Shown here in pieces: positions 12,997 to 25,087 of a DNA stretch of 64,000 nucleotides (position 1 is the first letter of the stretch; each line of letters begins with the position of its first letter). The notes under the pieces were generated by a model. That model did no database searches, was not told the origin of the DNA, and saw only the letters and a program-made list of their open reading frames with translations. Source of the DNA: Chiloscyllium plagiosum (taxonomy: Eukaryota). Where the stretch lies: contig NC_057718.1 in assembly GCF_004010195.1 (NCBI RefSeq), positions 67,052,732-67,116,731 on the forward strand, read 5' to 3'. The position numbers and the translations under genes are program-made.

Positions 12997-15010
12997 CAAA
13001 AAGTGTGGTGCTAAAATGTGGTGAAAAGCACAGCCAGTCAGGCAGCATCTGGGGAGCAGGAGAGTCAATGTTTTGAGCATATGCTCCTCATCAGGAATGT
13101 GGGGGAGGCTCAAGAAGGCTGAGAGATAAATGGGAGGGGGTAGGGCTGGGGGGAAGGTAGCTAGGAATATGATAGGTTAATGAAAATGGGGGGTGATGAT
13201 GATAAGTCGGAGTGGAAGGTGGAGCAGATAGGTAGGAAAAAAGATGGACAGGTAGGACAGTTCAAGAGGGTAGTGCCGAGTTCGAGGATTGGATCTGGGA
13301 TAAGGTGGGGGGAGGGGAGATGAGGAAACTGGTGAAATCAACATTGATCCCATATGTGGGGATACATATGTTTAAGGCACCACCCACGCCCTCCACCCTT
13401 CCATGACTTTTGGTTCCCTGGCCACCAAAGCCTCATCTTCACCTTGGACATCCCTCTGAAGATGGACGAGGGAGATCCATTAGATGTAGTGTACCTGGAC
13501 TTTCAGAATTCTTTTGATAAAGTCCCACATGGGAGGTTAGTGAGCAAAATTAAGGCGCATGGTATTGGGGGCAAAGTACTAACTTGGATTGAAAGTTGGT
13601 TGGCTGATAGGAAACAAAGAGTAGTGATAAACGGCTCCATTTCGGAATGGCAGGCAGTGAGAGGGGTACCGCAGGGATCAGTACTGGCACCGCAGCTTTT
13701 TACAATATATGTTAATGATATAGAAGATGGTATTAGTAATAAAATTAGCAAATTTGCTGATGATACTAAGCTGGGTGGCAGGGTGAATGTGATAAGGATG
13801 TTAGGAGATTACAGGGTGACCTGGACAAGTTAGGTGAGTGGTCAGATGCATGGCAGATGCAGTTTAATGTGGATAAATGTATGGTTATCCACTTTGATGG
13901 CAAGAACAGGAAGGCAGATTACTACCTCAATGGAATCAATTTAGGTAAAGGGGCAGTACAGAGAGATCTGGGTGTTTTTGTACACCAGTCAATGAAGGTA
14001 AGCATGCAGGTACAGCAGGTAGCGAAGAAGGCTAATAGCATGCTGGCCTTCATAACAAGAGGGATTGAGTATAGAAGCAAAGAGGTTCTTCTGCAGCTGT
14101 ACAGGGTCCTGGTGAGACCACACCTGGAGTACTGTGTGCAGTTCAGGTCTCCAAATTTGAGGAAAGACATTCTGGCTATTGAGGGAGTGCAGCGTAGGTT
14201 CACGAGGTCAATTCCTGGAATGGCAGGATTACCTTACACTGAAAGACTGGAGCGACTGGGCTTGAATACCCTTGAGTTTAGAAGACTGAGAGGGGATCTG
14301 ATTGAGACATATAAGATTATTAAAGGATTGGACACTCTGGAGGCTGGAAACATGTTTCCGCTGATGGGTGAGTGCCGAACCAGAGGACACAGCTTAAAAA
14401 TATGGAGTAGACCATTTAGGACAAAGATGAGGAGAAACCTCTTCACCCAGAGAGTGGTGGCTGTGTGGAATGCTCTGCCCCAGAGGGCAGTGGAGGCCCA
14501 GTCTCTGGATTCATTTAAGAAAGAGTTAGATAGAGCTCTCAAGGATTATGGAATCAAGGGTTATGGAGATAAGGCAGGAACAGGATACTGATTAAGGATG
14601 ATCAGCCATGATCATATTGAATGGTGGTGCAGGCTTGAAGGGCAGAATGGCCTACTCCTGCACCTATTGTCTATTGTCTATTGTCCCTATACACATCCAT
14701 CCGCCATGATGAAGGCCTCCAAGCCCTCTGTTTCTTCCTCTCCCACTACCCCAACCAATACCCTTCCACTGACACACTCATTCGATTGGCTGAACTGGTC
14801 CTCACCCTCAACAATTTCTTCTTCGAATTCATCCAGACCAAAGGGATAGCCATGGGCTCGGCATGGGCCCCAGCTATGCCTGCCACTTATTGAAGAGCTT
14901 ATGCTCGAAATGTTGACTCTCCTGCTCCTTGGATGTTGCCTGACCGGCAGTGCTTTTCCAGCACTACACGTTTTGATTCTGATTTCCAGCATCTGCAGTC
15001 CTCATTTTCT
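12997..15010. mobile_element. PLE with inverted terminal copies, split by a CR1
   Basis: RT remnant LIFTLDI..SLYTSIRHDEGLQAL..LIRLAELVLTLNNF..QTKGIAMG. 12997-13100 is inverted relative to 14890-14975. TSD gctagga(a/g)tactgt at 12983-12996 and 15011-15024. Confidence 0.85.
13454..14684 (+). mobile_element. Young 5'-truncated CR1 LINE (RT C-terminal half)
   Basis: VYLDFQNSFDKVPH, GVPQGSVL, KFADDTKL, 244-aa ORF 13857-14591 and (ctattgt)3 tail. Confidence 0.93.
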
Positions 15011-16142
15011 GCTAGGAGTACTGTGGTGAGTAACTCACCTCCTGACTTCCAAAGCTTATTCATCACCTACAAGGCACAAATCAAGAGGAATACTCTCCAC
15101 TTGCCTGGATGAGTGCAGCTCCAACAATCAAGAAGCTTGACACCATCCAGGACAAAGCTTTATTGACACTTCATCCTCAAGAATCCACTCTCTCCACCAC
15201 TGACAGTCATTAGCATCAGTGTGTGCTATCTACAACACTGCAGCAATTCACCAAAAATCCTTAGACAGCACCTTCCAAACCCATGACCATTTCCATCTAG
15301 AAGGACAGGGACAGTAGTTACATGGTAACCTTGACACCTGCAGGTTCCTCTCCAAGCCACTTAAATTCCTGAGCTGGAAGTATTTCACTGTTCCTTCACT
15401 ATGGCTGTGAATTTCCTGGAATTCTCTCCCTAAGGGAATTGTGGGTTTACCTACAGCACAGTAACTATAGCAGTTCAAGAAGGTAGCTCAGCCCCACCTT
15501 CTCAAGGGCAACTTGGGATGGGCAATAAATGCTGGCCAGCCAGTAATACATCCCACAAGTAAATAGAGGAAACACATTGAGAAAATACTTGAGTACAGTT
15601 TGTTTTTAAATGTGATGATTGCAATGCATGATTATCCTACATGCAGTCTTTTTTAAGCAATTCACTTGCTAACCTTGACAATTTCAGTTTCAGGGCCAGT
15701 GACAGACTAGATGCATGCTTAACAACATAGCCCATTTCACCTTCACACAATGCTGCCAATCTCACATGCAGCTGTCACAGCTTCCACATACTGCCAGTTA
15801 CTTACCAATGGCAGACACATCATCTAAATCCATTGCAGTTCCTTCAGTAATATTCTCTCCTTTCTCTTGCAGAACAGGATGGATCATTAGCATAAAGAGC
15901 AAGAAAGAACAAGATACATGATGGCATGTTCCTTCCTTCTCAAATCCTAACCACATTCTCAACCTGCTCTCTGACATGAATTACAAGCTGCAGATTATAT
16001 GACCATTCTTCTCTTTTCCATCCCAACCTCGTTTCTTTAGTTCAAACTACCAATTTTGCATTTCTACTTTCAGGTACCTAAAAACTGCTGCCTAGCATGT
16101 ACAGACTCAACCTCGTTATTATAAGGCAATAGCACAAGAGCA

Positions 16143-16326
16143 GGTCAGGCAGCATCAAAGGAACAGGAGAATCGACGTTTCGGGCATAAGCCCTTCTTCA
16201 GGAAGAAGGGCTTATGCCCGAAACGTTGATTCTCCTGTTCCTTTGATGCTGCCTGACCTGCTGCGCTTTTCCAGCAACACATTTTTAAGCTCTGATCTCC
16301 AGCATCTGCAGTCCTCACTTTCTCCT
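16143..16326. mobile_element. Young hairpin PLE mini-insertion
   Basis: ~60-bp arms with 1 mismatch around 16200-16201. TSD aatagcacaagagca at 16128-16142 and 16327-16341. Confidence 0.9.
16174..16202 (-). ncRNA. Minimal hammerhead ribozyme-like motif
   Basis: C-CUGAAGA-A-[GGGC uuau GCCC]-GAAACGUC. Confidence 0.6.
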
Positions 16327-17701
16327 AATAGCACAAGAGCAATAATGAAGAAACACCGGCATTTGATTTGATACCAGCAACCATGGGATTAGATACTGGC
16401 AATGCCCAAAGTTTGGATGGCCATATAGAGTCAAAATAACGTACGTTTTTACAACTAATAATATGGATTATAAGCCTTTTAGAAAAATAGGTGAGAGCAG
16501 TTAAAAGCAGCTATTGGGACAAATTTGAATTGAGAGCCTGTGAAAGAAGGCCAATTATAAAACACACAAATGAGACAAAGGAGTTTTATTTTCACCTGTA
16601 AAACTAGGCTGAGAACTGGAATCAAGATCATATTTGCAGTTTTGAAATATCAGAATCCTAACAAGAAAGTTAGTGATATCTTTAATATTTCAATGGTTTG
16701 AATGACAATTTGAAGTTTTATTTGGCAACTAGGAAGTTTATCAATTTTATTTTACTTCTCCACACAGAAAGGGCAAAGGTGAATGCTTGAACATTGCAGG
16801 CTGGCTTTTTCTGCTGCATTGTCCACACACAAGACTGTAGCCATCTGTCCAGGAACCGATCTAGTGATTGTTATTATGCTGTGCCCTCGAGCCCACAACA
16901 ACTAAAATACTGACTCTGGGCAAGTTGTCCTAAACGTAGGCAGTATCGATTTGTCTTTAATTCCCCCTCTCACTGTTCCAATAAGGCAATGTTGTATGCA
17001 CAATTCACAAAGTATACCAATAACTTGTTCTTACACGGCTTTCTTAATTTAAAGCAGCGTCTTCTCCCATTTTTTGATCACAGTCCAAAAAACAGTGATT
17101 TTTACAAGAACAAAATTCTTTCAAATCAAGAAAATGGTCAACAATGTCAGATGCCTATCACCAATCAACAATGTAAAAGAATTCAACGATGCCAACCTTT
17201 CTAAAAAAAAGTCCATTTAGAGATCAGCAAATAGATATTGTTATAAAGCTGGGGAGAATAATAGAGAATTGAAAAACAGAGAGGAAAAGTGCTTTTTAAG
17301 CTTAAGAGCTCAGCAGAAAAGGGAGTCTGTGAGCAGCTGTGGAAGACAGACTGTTCTAAAATGAAACTTGTAACAGTTGGCTTTGTTAATGGATACCTAA
17401 GGTTTGCTGCTATTTTGACAACAAGTCAAATTTGACTAATTAATTTAAACCAAGCACTCAGCCATTCAAAGCCAATTGAACTTAAAAGCTGATGGTGTTT
17501 AGAGCCTGAAATCAATTACGTTGTAAGAATTTAGTGCATCATCAGGAATGTATAAAACCGGGATTTTTGAAAATCAGGAGAGAGCTATCAAACATGAAAA
17601 GCTCTCAAAGAAAGCTCTAAAAAGGCACCAAGGCATTTGATAGCTAAAAATGCTCACAGTAAAAAGTAAGAAGAAGACTCGTTGAGCTGGAAGGTCCATG
17701 T

Positions 17702-17740
17702 TCAGACATTTCGTCACCATGCCAGGTAACATCTTCAGTA
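17702..17740 (-). ncRNA. Minimal hammerhead ribozyme-like motif in a PLE fragment (~17665-17745)
   Basis: CUGAAGA-U-[GUUACC uggcau GGUGAC]-GAAAUGUC-UGA with a 6-bp helix II. Same family as 6452-6935. Confidence 0.55.
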
Positions 17741-17849
17741 AGCTACACATGAACATTGCATGAATGTTTACTACTTCATTTCTTCCTTGAGGAACTAACA
17801 TAAGTATCCAAGCCCAGCAATATCTTAGAACTCATCTGTTAGGATTTTG

Positions 17850-18575
17850 GTAAGACTATATGAAAGATGAGCTTAATTAGGCCATGCAGCCTATTAAATT
17901 TGCTCCACCATTTGAACATGACTGACATGTTTCCGAACTCCATTCTCCTGACTTCTTCCCTTGATCCCCTCCTAATTACAAACTTAGCTACTTCTGTCTT
18001 AAATACACTCAATGACTTGGCCTCCACAACATTCTGTGGCAATGAGTTCCACAAATTCACCATCTTCTGGCTGAATAAATTTCTCTCAATTTTTTTCTAA
18101 AGGGTCATCCCTTCACTCTGAGGCTGTGCCCTTGGATCCTAGTCTCTTTCACTTGTGGAAACATTTTGTCCTCATCCACTCTATCCAGGCCTCTCAGTAT
18201 TGTATTAGTTTCAATGAGATCTCCCCCATCTTTCTAAACTCCATTTAGTATAGACCCAGGGTCCTCAACGGCTCCTCATATGACAAGTTCTTCATTCCTG
18301 GGATCATTCTTGTAAATCTCCTCTGGAATCCCTCCAATGCAGCACATCCTTCCTTAGATACGGGGCCCAAAACTGCTCACGATATTCCAAATTCAAACCG
18401 TCCAGTCCCGGCAACATCCTTGTCAAACTTTTCTGCCCCCTCTCACATTTAACAACATCCTGTCTTTCGAACGGTGACCAGAATTGTATGCAGTATTCTA
18501 AAAGTAGCCTTACCAATCCTCTATCCATGCAAATACCTTGCCCCTAACACCATGGGCTCTTCTCTTATTTAGCTC
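17850..18575 (-). mobile_element. CR1 3' fragments (two subfamilies adjacent)
   Basis: MVNLWNSLPQNVVEA, LEYCIQFWSP, QFWAPYLRKDV. Confidence 0.8.
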
Positions 18576-19319
18576 AAAAAATTTTGTTTCTGCTATAATA
18601 TACTTGCAAATATATTCTATCCTGAGAAAATGTTGCTGGTTTGCAAACTCCTAGGGAGAATGACATTTCATTGTAGGATCCAGTTGATATGTAGCAAAGT
18701 TGACCAAGTTCCTTTGATGATGTGAAGTTTGTCTTAGTTGTGATTTCAAACTATCAATAAATTTGGTAGCTTTATCTTTCTGGAGTTAAAAATAGTAGAA
18801 CCATTCATAACCCAGAAGTGAGAGCAGGTTTAAATTCTCTATGTTTTCCTGAGAAGCTACTTAATGACAAAGACTCAGCATTTGGAAATAATTTCCAGAA
18901 GGCTTCCAGATATTGGGTAATTGCCTGTTGAAAGTTTCAATGTCCAGGATAGTTTCTGTGAAATCAGCTGCGTCAGAACATCCACATAGTCCTGACCTGG
19001 AACTTCTGTCTATGTTGCTGCAATGTCTATTGCCCAGTAGAAGATCTGGCCCACTGTTAAAATCAGAACCACGCTATTCAGATAAGAAATACAGCCAGAA
19101 AATACTGGAACTTCTCACCAGGCCATGCTGCATTTGTGAAGATAGAATGAAAGAGCAAAGCTGGCAGTTTTGAAGTGGTTACGAATTTGTCTCTGATGTT
19201 GTGCAGTCTTTGGTGGTAGTTATTGATAGCAACAGTCTTTCTTTTTCCCTTCGACTCACATCAGAGAAGTCCTGGTCTTCCATCAAGAAGTTGGTGCTTT
19301 ATTCTTCTGAATTCCATGG

Positions 19320-19622
19320 ATTCTGTAGGGGAATCTAAAACTGGGGTCCATTGTGTAAGGGTTCATCCATTTAAGACAGAGTTAAGAGAAACTTTTTCTC
19401 TCTCAGAGGTTTGTGTGTCTTTGGAATTTTCTTCCTCAAAAGACAGTGAATGCAGAACCTTTAAATTTTTCGGGCAGAGGTGGATAGATTCTTGAATACT
19501 AAAGAGATGAAACATTACCAGATGAATGCAGGAATGTAGAGTTGAGATTAAAATCAGTTCAGCTGTAATATTATTGAATGGTGGAGCGTTTCAAAGTGCC
19601 AAGATGCCTACTCTTATTCCCT
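19320..19622 (+). mobile_element. CR1 3' end remnant
   Basis: HPFKTELRETFSLSEV and the 3' UTR gaatggtggagc...cctactcttattcc. Confidence 0.7.
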
Positions 19623-20005
19623 GTTTGTATCTTTGCCTGAAGGTGACTATACTTCCTGTGCATCTGGAATATGTGTACATGGAATAGGACATGCACTTCA
19701 GGAGTCAGAGCTATTCTGCCATTCTTTTTTAAACTAAATAATATGACATATTTATTAATCAAAGTAGAAACTCACTAGCTACTGAATTCTCTGCACTGGC
19801 AACACATATGGAGCAGGCAACGCTCATATAGAGGAAGGTTCATTGAAATATTTTACTTAACCCATTCTATCCAAACATCTTGAAATATTTAATTTGACTG
19901 GTGCTTAGATTAACTCCCTAGCATTGAAGAAAAGGAAACAAAACTAGAATACTCACCAGCCAAATAATGTGTACCTGATGACAGTAAGATTTTATGTTTT
20001 CTGCC

Positions 20006-20240
20006 TCACTTCAGTGATCCCTGGTCTGCCTCACTCTGCTCATGATTTGCTTCACATGGTCCCTGGTCTGTTTCAGACTGCTCTGTATTGCTTCACGGTT
20101 ATTCTGGCCTGCTTCACTTGACTCACACCTATATTCACCGTGAGTCTGGGCTACTTGAATCTCCTTGCAACCTGATGCACAGTGATATCAGTCTGTTTCA
20201 TATTGACCCTGATATACCTACAGTGGTCCTGTGCTGCATC
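20006..20240. repeat. Degenerate minisatellite, ~42-bp period, ~5-6 copies
   Basis: Recurring ttcacagtggtccctggtctg(c/t)ttca-like units. Confidence 0.55.
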
Positions 20241-21325
20241 TTCTATTACTGTTTCTAATGTAAGGTAATTAACACATGTAGACAAAACTTTCTAGGCTTT
20301 AGTGTGGGCAATGGTGAGGAAGTTGGGAAAATATGGCAAGAATGAAAATTTTAGTATTTTGACTTCAAAAATAAGTTCTGTTTCTCCTTTGAAGTTTCAA
20401 CAGTGAATTCCCAATCTTAATCCCAAAAATATTACAAAGCAGAAGGAGGCCATTCATGTCTGCACCAGCTCTTCAAATCCCCCGATTAAATAGCTTATTT
20501 CCACGCATTTTCATTGCATTATTACATTATTAGCTAATCTCACATCACAATTCTCCTCACCTCGCACAAGAAATTAGATAGTGACAATTCCTGATTCGAA
20601 TGTTACAATGGTTACCTGCCAGATGCAGTTCGCTGTTTGATTCTGGGAGTTCAATTTTACAAACCATTCACCAATGTACTCCATGAGCAGTATCTGCCTT
20701 CACCCTTCATGAGTTGACACCTGCAAAAACATTACCTTTGACTAATGCATAATATGCTTTAACACTTCACCACTGCACTTTGGAGCTCACTAACATTTTC
20801 CATCTGAGTGCCCCTGTCAGGTTGCTCTGCATGCAGGGACACACACATTTTTAGCATCTGCACAAATTGCAGATTATGACTCTCCGTTTACTTTCTTCAT
20901 GTTTATTCTCCAGGAATTGATCAATAAACAATTGCTGTGTATTTTAACATGAAATAACTAAGTGGGTGGAATCATAAGATAGTATTAGGGCTATGTGGAA
21001 GCTAGTTTTAATTGCAATGTCCTCTGCTGCGGCTCTTTTCATACAGCCATGACATTATGACATTAGCATTCTTCTTCCAGATTTCCACATCATTGGCAAT
21101 GGATGGAAATGGTGACATGAGGAAAAAGGATTTTATGCAGCAAGTGATTAAGATCTGGAATACATTTTTTGAAAGTGTGGTGGAGGCAGTTTCAATTTTT
21201 TTTTCCAAACAGATTTGGGCAATTATTGAAACAAATAATATTTACAGGGCTATAGAAAAATAAGAATGAGTGACTGAGTGAGTTGATCTTGTAGATAGTC
21301 ATCAAGGACAAATTGGGCTGAATGA

Positions 21326-21405
21326 CTGGAAAAGCACAGCTGGTCTGGCAGCATCCGAGGAGCAGGGGAATTGATGTTTCGAGCATAAGCCCTTCATCTG
21401 GAATG
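21326..21405 (-). mobile_element. PLE terminal fragment with degenerate hammerhead-like motif
   Basis: gaaaagcacagc..gcatccgaggagcagg..tttcgagcataagcccttcatc. Confidence 0.75.
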
Positions 21406-21409
21406 TTGG

Positions 21410-21985
21410 TACTTTCCAAGGAGAGGATGAAATGGCCAGCCTCTCAAGCCAAGTCATCATGAGTAGTTGTGGCTGAGAAAGTCAATGGCAGGAGCGTGGT
21501 CCCTTTAACCTGGATGCAGTATCCCAAAAGGTTAAAGGACATCAGGCACCACACCCCAAACTCAGACTTTTGCAGTATTCTCGCCCATAGCACTTCACAG
21601 AACACTCTTTGCAGCTGCACCAATTCCTCCTTCACCAGGTACCTCTTCACAACCACATCTTTGAGCCATTTCACATCAATACCTCCCAGTCAGCTTTAAC
21701 AAATTATTATTCTTCTGTTCTCTTTGCACAGTGCATTTCTCACTCACTCATTTTAATAGCTGCTGCAATATAGGCACATCCAGCTCATTGGGAAGGCAGG
21801 CTTGCCATGCCATGAATGCCTATGCCTCCCAGTGCTTGTGCTCACATGTTGCCAGAGTCAGTCTTGTCTTCAGACCTTGTATTGGGGATATCACCTTTTT
21901 TGAACTGGATCATTACGCCCATTGACAGATTGGTATATGCCCACGGAGAGGTCAGAGATTAGACATCACCTGTTATGCACCTGTT
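21410..21985 (+). mobile_element. PIF/Harbinger remnant (Myb/SANT-like protein; possible transposase N-terminus)
   Basis: VAEKVNGRSVVPLTWMQYPKRLKDI resembles the Harbinger trihelix motif (W.EVA..V......RT..QC.KR.NDL). Confidence 0.55.
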
Positions 21986-22239
21986 TTGAAAGCTATCATA
22001 CAAATATTCTGAGCACCAATCTATCAACTAATTAGGTTTGCTATGAAATAAAACAAAGATCTGTGGATACTGGAGATTTGAAACAAAAATAGAAGGTGCT
22101 GGAGTTCTGTTGAAGAGTCACTGGTCTTGAAATGTGAACTGTTTTCTCTGCATAGATGGTGATTGACCAGCTGAGTTTCTCCAGGACTTCCTGTTTTTGT
22201 TTCAGGTTTTCAGTTATATCGCTTTCCAGTCTTTCTGTA

Positions 22240-22500
22240 TCACCAAGGAAGTACTCGTCGCTATGCTATTGCCTGGTAACCCCAATGAGTTCTACATGGC
22301 TCAGATGGAAGATATGCAGGTTAGGTGGATTGTCCGTGCTAACTTCCCAGGGATGTGCAGGCTCAGTGGGTTAGCCATGGTAAACGTGGTTGTGGGGTAG
22401 ATGGATTTTGGGAGGATGCTCTTCGGAGGATTGGTGCAAACTTGATGGGCTGAATGGCCTCCATCTGCACTTTAGGGATTCTATAGTTCTGTGATTCTAA
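22240..22500 (+). mobile_element. Degenerate HE1-type SINE
   Basis: gatatgcaggttaggtggatt...ggcctccatctgcactttagggattctat. Confidence 0.7.
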
Positions 22501-22512
22501 ATCCTTGCCATA

Positions 22513-23085
22513 AAGTCATAGAGTCATACAGCATGGAAATAGACCCTTTGGTCCAACCTGTCCATGCTGAACATAATCCCAAACTAAACTTGTCCAACCT
22601 ATCTACTCCTGACCCACATCCCTCCAAACCTTTCCTATTCATGTACTTATCTAAGTAGCTTTTAAACATTGTACCTGTGCTTGCATCCATTACTTCCTCA
22701 GGAAGATCATTCCACATGTGAACTATCCTCTGTGTAAAAAAATGCCCCCATGTCTTTTTAATCTCTTTTCTCACCTTAAAACTATGCCCCCAGTTAAGAA
22801 ATTTCCCACCCCAAGGAAAAGACATGTAACATTAATCCTATCAAGACCCCATATGATTTTATAAATTTCTATAAGGTCAACTCTCAACCTCCTACACTCC
22901 AGTGAAGAAAGCCTCAGCCTATCCAGCCTCTTCTTATAGCTGCAGCCGTCCTTTCGCAGCAACATCCTGGTAAATCCCTTCTGAACTGTCTCTAGCTTAA
23001 TAATATCCTTCCTTTAACAGGGAGACCAGAACTGGCCACAATACTCCAGGAGAGGACTCACCAATGTCCTGTACAACCTCAACTT
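22513..23085 (-). mobile_element. CR1 3' fragment
   Basis: RRLRVDLIEIYKII, FFTQRIVHMWNDLPEEV and (ctatgact)n tail. Confidence 0.85.
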
Positions 23086-25087
23086 GTCATGACCATTCAA
23101 CAAGAATTGAGGGCTTAAACCTTTCATTTGCTAATGGTAACAGCTCTGTACAAATCGTGCTTGCCTCTAATCCTTCCCAAGTTAAATACTGACGTGAATG
23201 AGGCATTTTGATCAAACACCACTGTCGGGGCTTATAATGTCTGATTAATATTCTGTCCATTATTGCAGTTTACTACTGATACTCCATATTATTTATTCTG
23301 CCTCACAATTCAATAGTTCAGTGCATAATAACTAATGTGCATATATTAGCATGGTTCCAATAACCATTAAATATGAAATAAACCAACCTGTTTAATGATA
23401 GCTCAAAATTACTAAGCAATAATCATTTAACTCCAAAGTGGTTTGAAACTATAATATCCATGCCTTTATCTCTTGAATGTGATTGCTGAATAAATATTTA
23501 ATTAGGTCATTTTTGTACTTGAAGCCCACATCGACTTGGAATTGGACTAAAACCACTTACCTCATATTGTGTGGTTAAATTTATCAGACAGAAGAGATCC
23601 TTATTCTATATTCTAAATATGAACTAGTGTCCTAGGATTGTCAATGTGTGAGCACATGTTTAATCACGGTTTTCTATTTCCCAAACTGACTTGTCAAATT
23701 GTGAGTCGGATTGTATGCTGAAGGTGAAAAGTATATAAATTAGATTAAGACTGTCCAATTTTATTTTGCACAAAGGATCCCAGAAAGAGAAAACTAAATT
23801 CTCCACCTAGCTCCGAAAAGGAAAACAAACACTTTTTGCTGTTTAGAAGGTTATAGGTACAAGAATTGTTTAGAAAATAAATCTGCCCTGCTAAATTAAG
23901 TATGCATTAAAGTCTTGAGGCATGAAACTAATTTCTACAGAATCCTATAGCAGTGCTACAAAGGCATACTTGAATATTTGGAGCATGGGAGCGCAGGACA
24001 GTGGCCTTCATGTTGGTGCTGAATGCCATCAATTACATGCACAGGATTCTAGTAAAGTTAAAAATTACACCACACCAGGTTATAGTCCAACAGGTTTATT
24101 TGAAAGCACTAGCTTTCAAAGTGCTGCTTCTTCATCATCCTGGTTGTGAAGCAGGACAATAAGACACAGAATTTATAGCAAAAGATTACAGTCTCATGCA
24201 ACTGAAATGATATATTGAACAAACCTAGTTTGTTAAGTCTTTCATCTTTTAGAATGGGTTTGCTGGTTTCAATTCTTTAATATGTAAATCCCAGAACTCC
24301 TTTTAAGTCACATTCTCAAGATAACTTAAGGCTTTATAACAAAAGATGACATCTCAGCTCAGACAATGCCTTAAAGGTATAAGGTTAGAGTCTGTCCATA
24401 TCCCAATCTTGAGTCAGACTGATTCTGTTTCCAAAGTAGAATTTACAAGTATTGACTGCCTGCAGGTTCTGCATTTTTTGAGCAAATTAGAATGTATCTG
24501 CAAATATAATTCTGCAAATACAATTTCACCCCATAAACCTATGTGTGTGTGTGCATGCAGGAGAGAGAGAGAGAGTGAATGTATGCATGTGCGTGAGTGC
24601 ACATGAGAGAGTGTGTGTTAAAGTGTGTGTGTGTGATAGAGTATAAGCCTATGAGAGAGTGTGTGCATGAGTGTGAGTGTGGGGGGTATATGTGTGTGCG
24701 TATGAGAGAGAGCTTGTATATGAGAGAGGGTCTGCGTGAGTGTGTGAGTATGTAAGAATGTGAGTGCGTGTGTGCTCGTGTGTGTCAGTGGGTGTGAGAG
24801 AGTGTATAGTGCAGTGGGGATACCTGGAATGTGCCTTGACCCAAGGTCCTGGTTGAGGCCATCCTCATGGGTACGAAACTTGGCTATCAGCCACTGCTTG
24901 GCCACTTTGCATTGTTGCCTATCCCAAGGTCTGCCATGGAGGATGGTCACTCAAAGGCCTGAGACCGAATGTCCCTGACTGCTTAAGTGTTCCCCGACTG
25001 GGATGGGGCACTCCAGCCTAGTGATTGTTGTGCAGGGTCCATTAATTCGTTGTCGTTGCATCTGCTTGGTCTCACCAATGTACCATG

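Larger units (their letters stand above)
12030..15560 (+). mobile_element. CR1/L2-group LINE with internal deletions, split by a PLE at 12997-15010
   Basis: ORF 12345-12839 has PTMWKIAQ and QFGFHQGQSVPD..ALDIK RT motifs. Continues after 15011 to the gggcaataaatgctggcc tail. Confidence 0.85.

Noticed and set aside
17239..17830. Possible solo LTR
   Set aside because: TG start and a TATA-like motif, but no verifiable CA end or TSD.
20006..20240. CRISPR-like periodicity
   Set aside because: Eukaryotic DNA with degenerate tandem units, no constant repeat/unique spacer layout and no cas genes.
20914..20952. Good acceptor followed by ELINKQ, resembling the HCN EIINFN exon start
   Set aside because: In-frame stop after 12 codons and no further similarity.
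24414..24978. His/Thr-rich ORFs
   Set aside because: Translation of a GT/GA microsatellite in a PLE.
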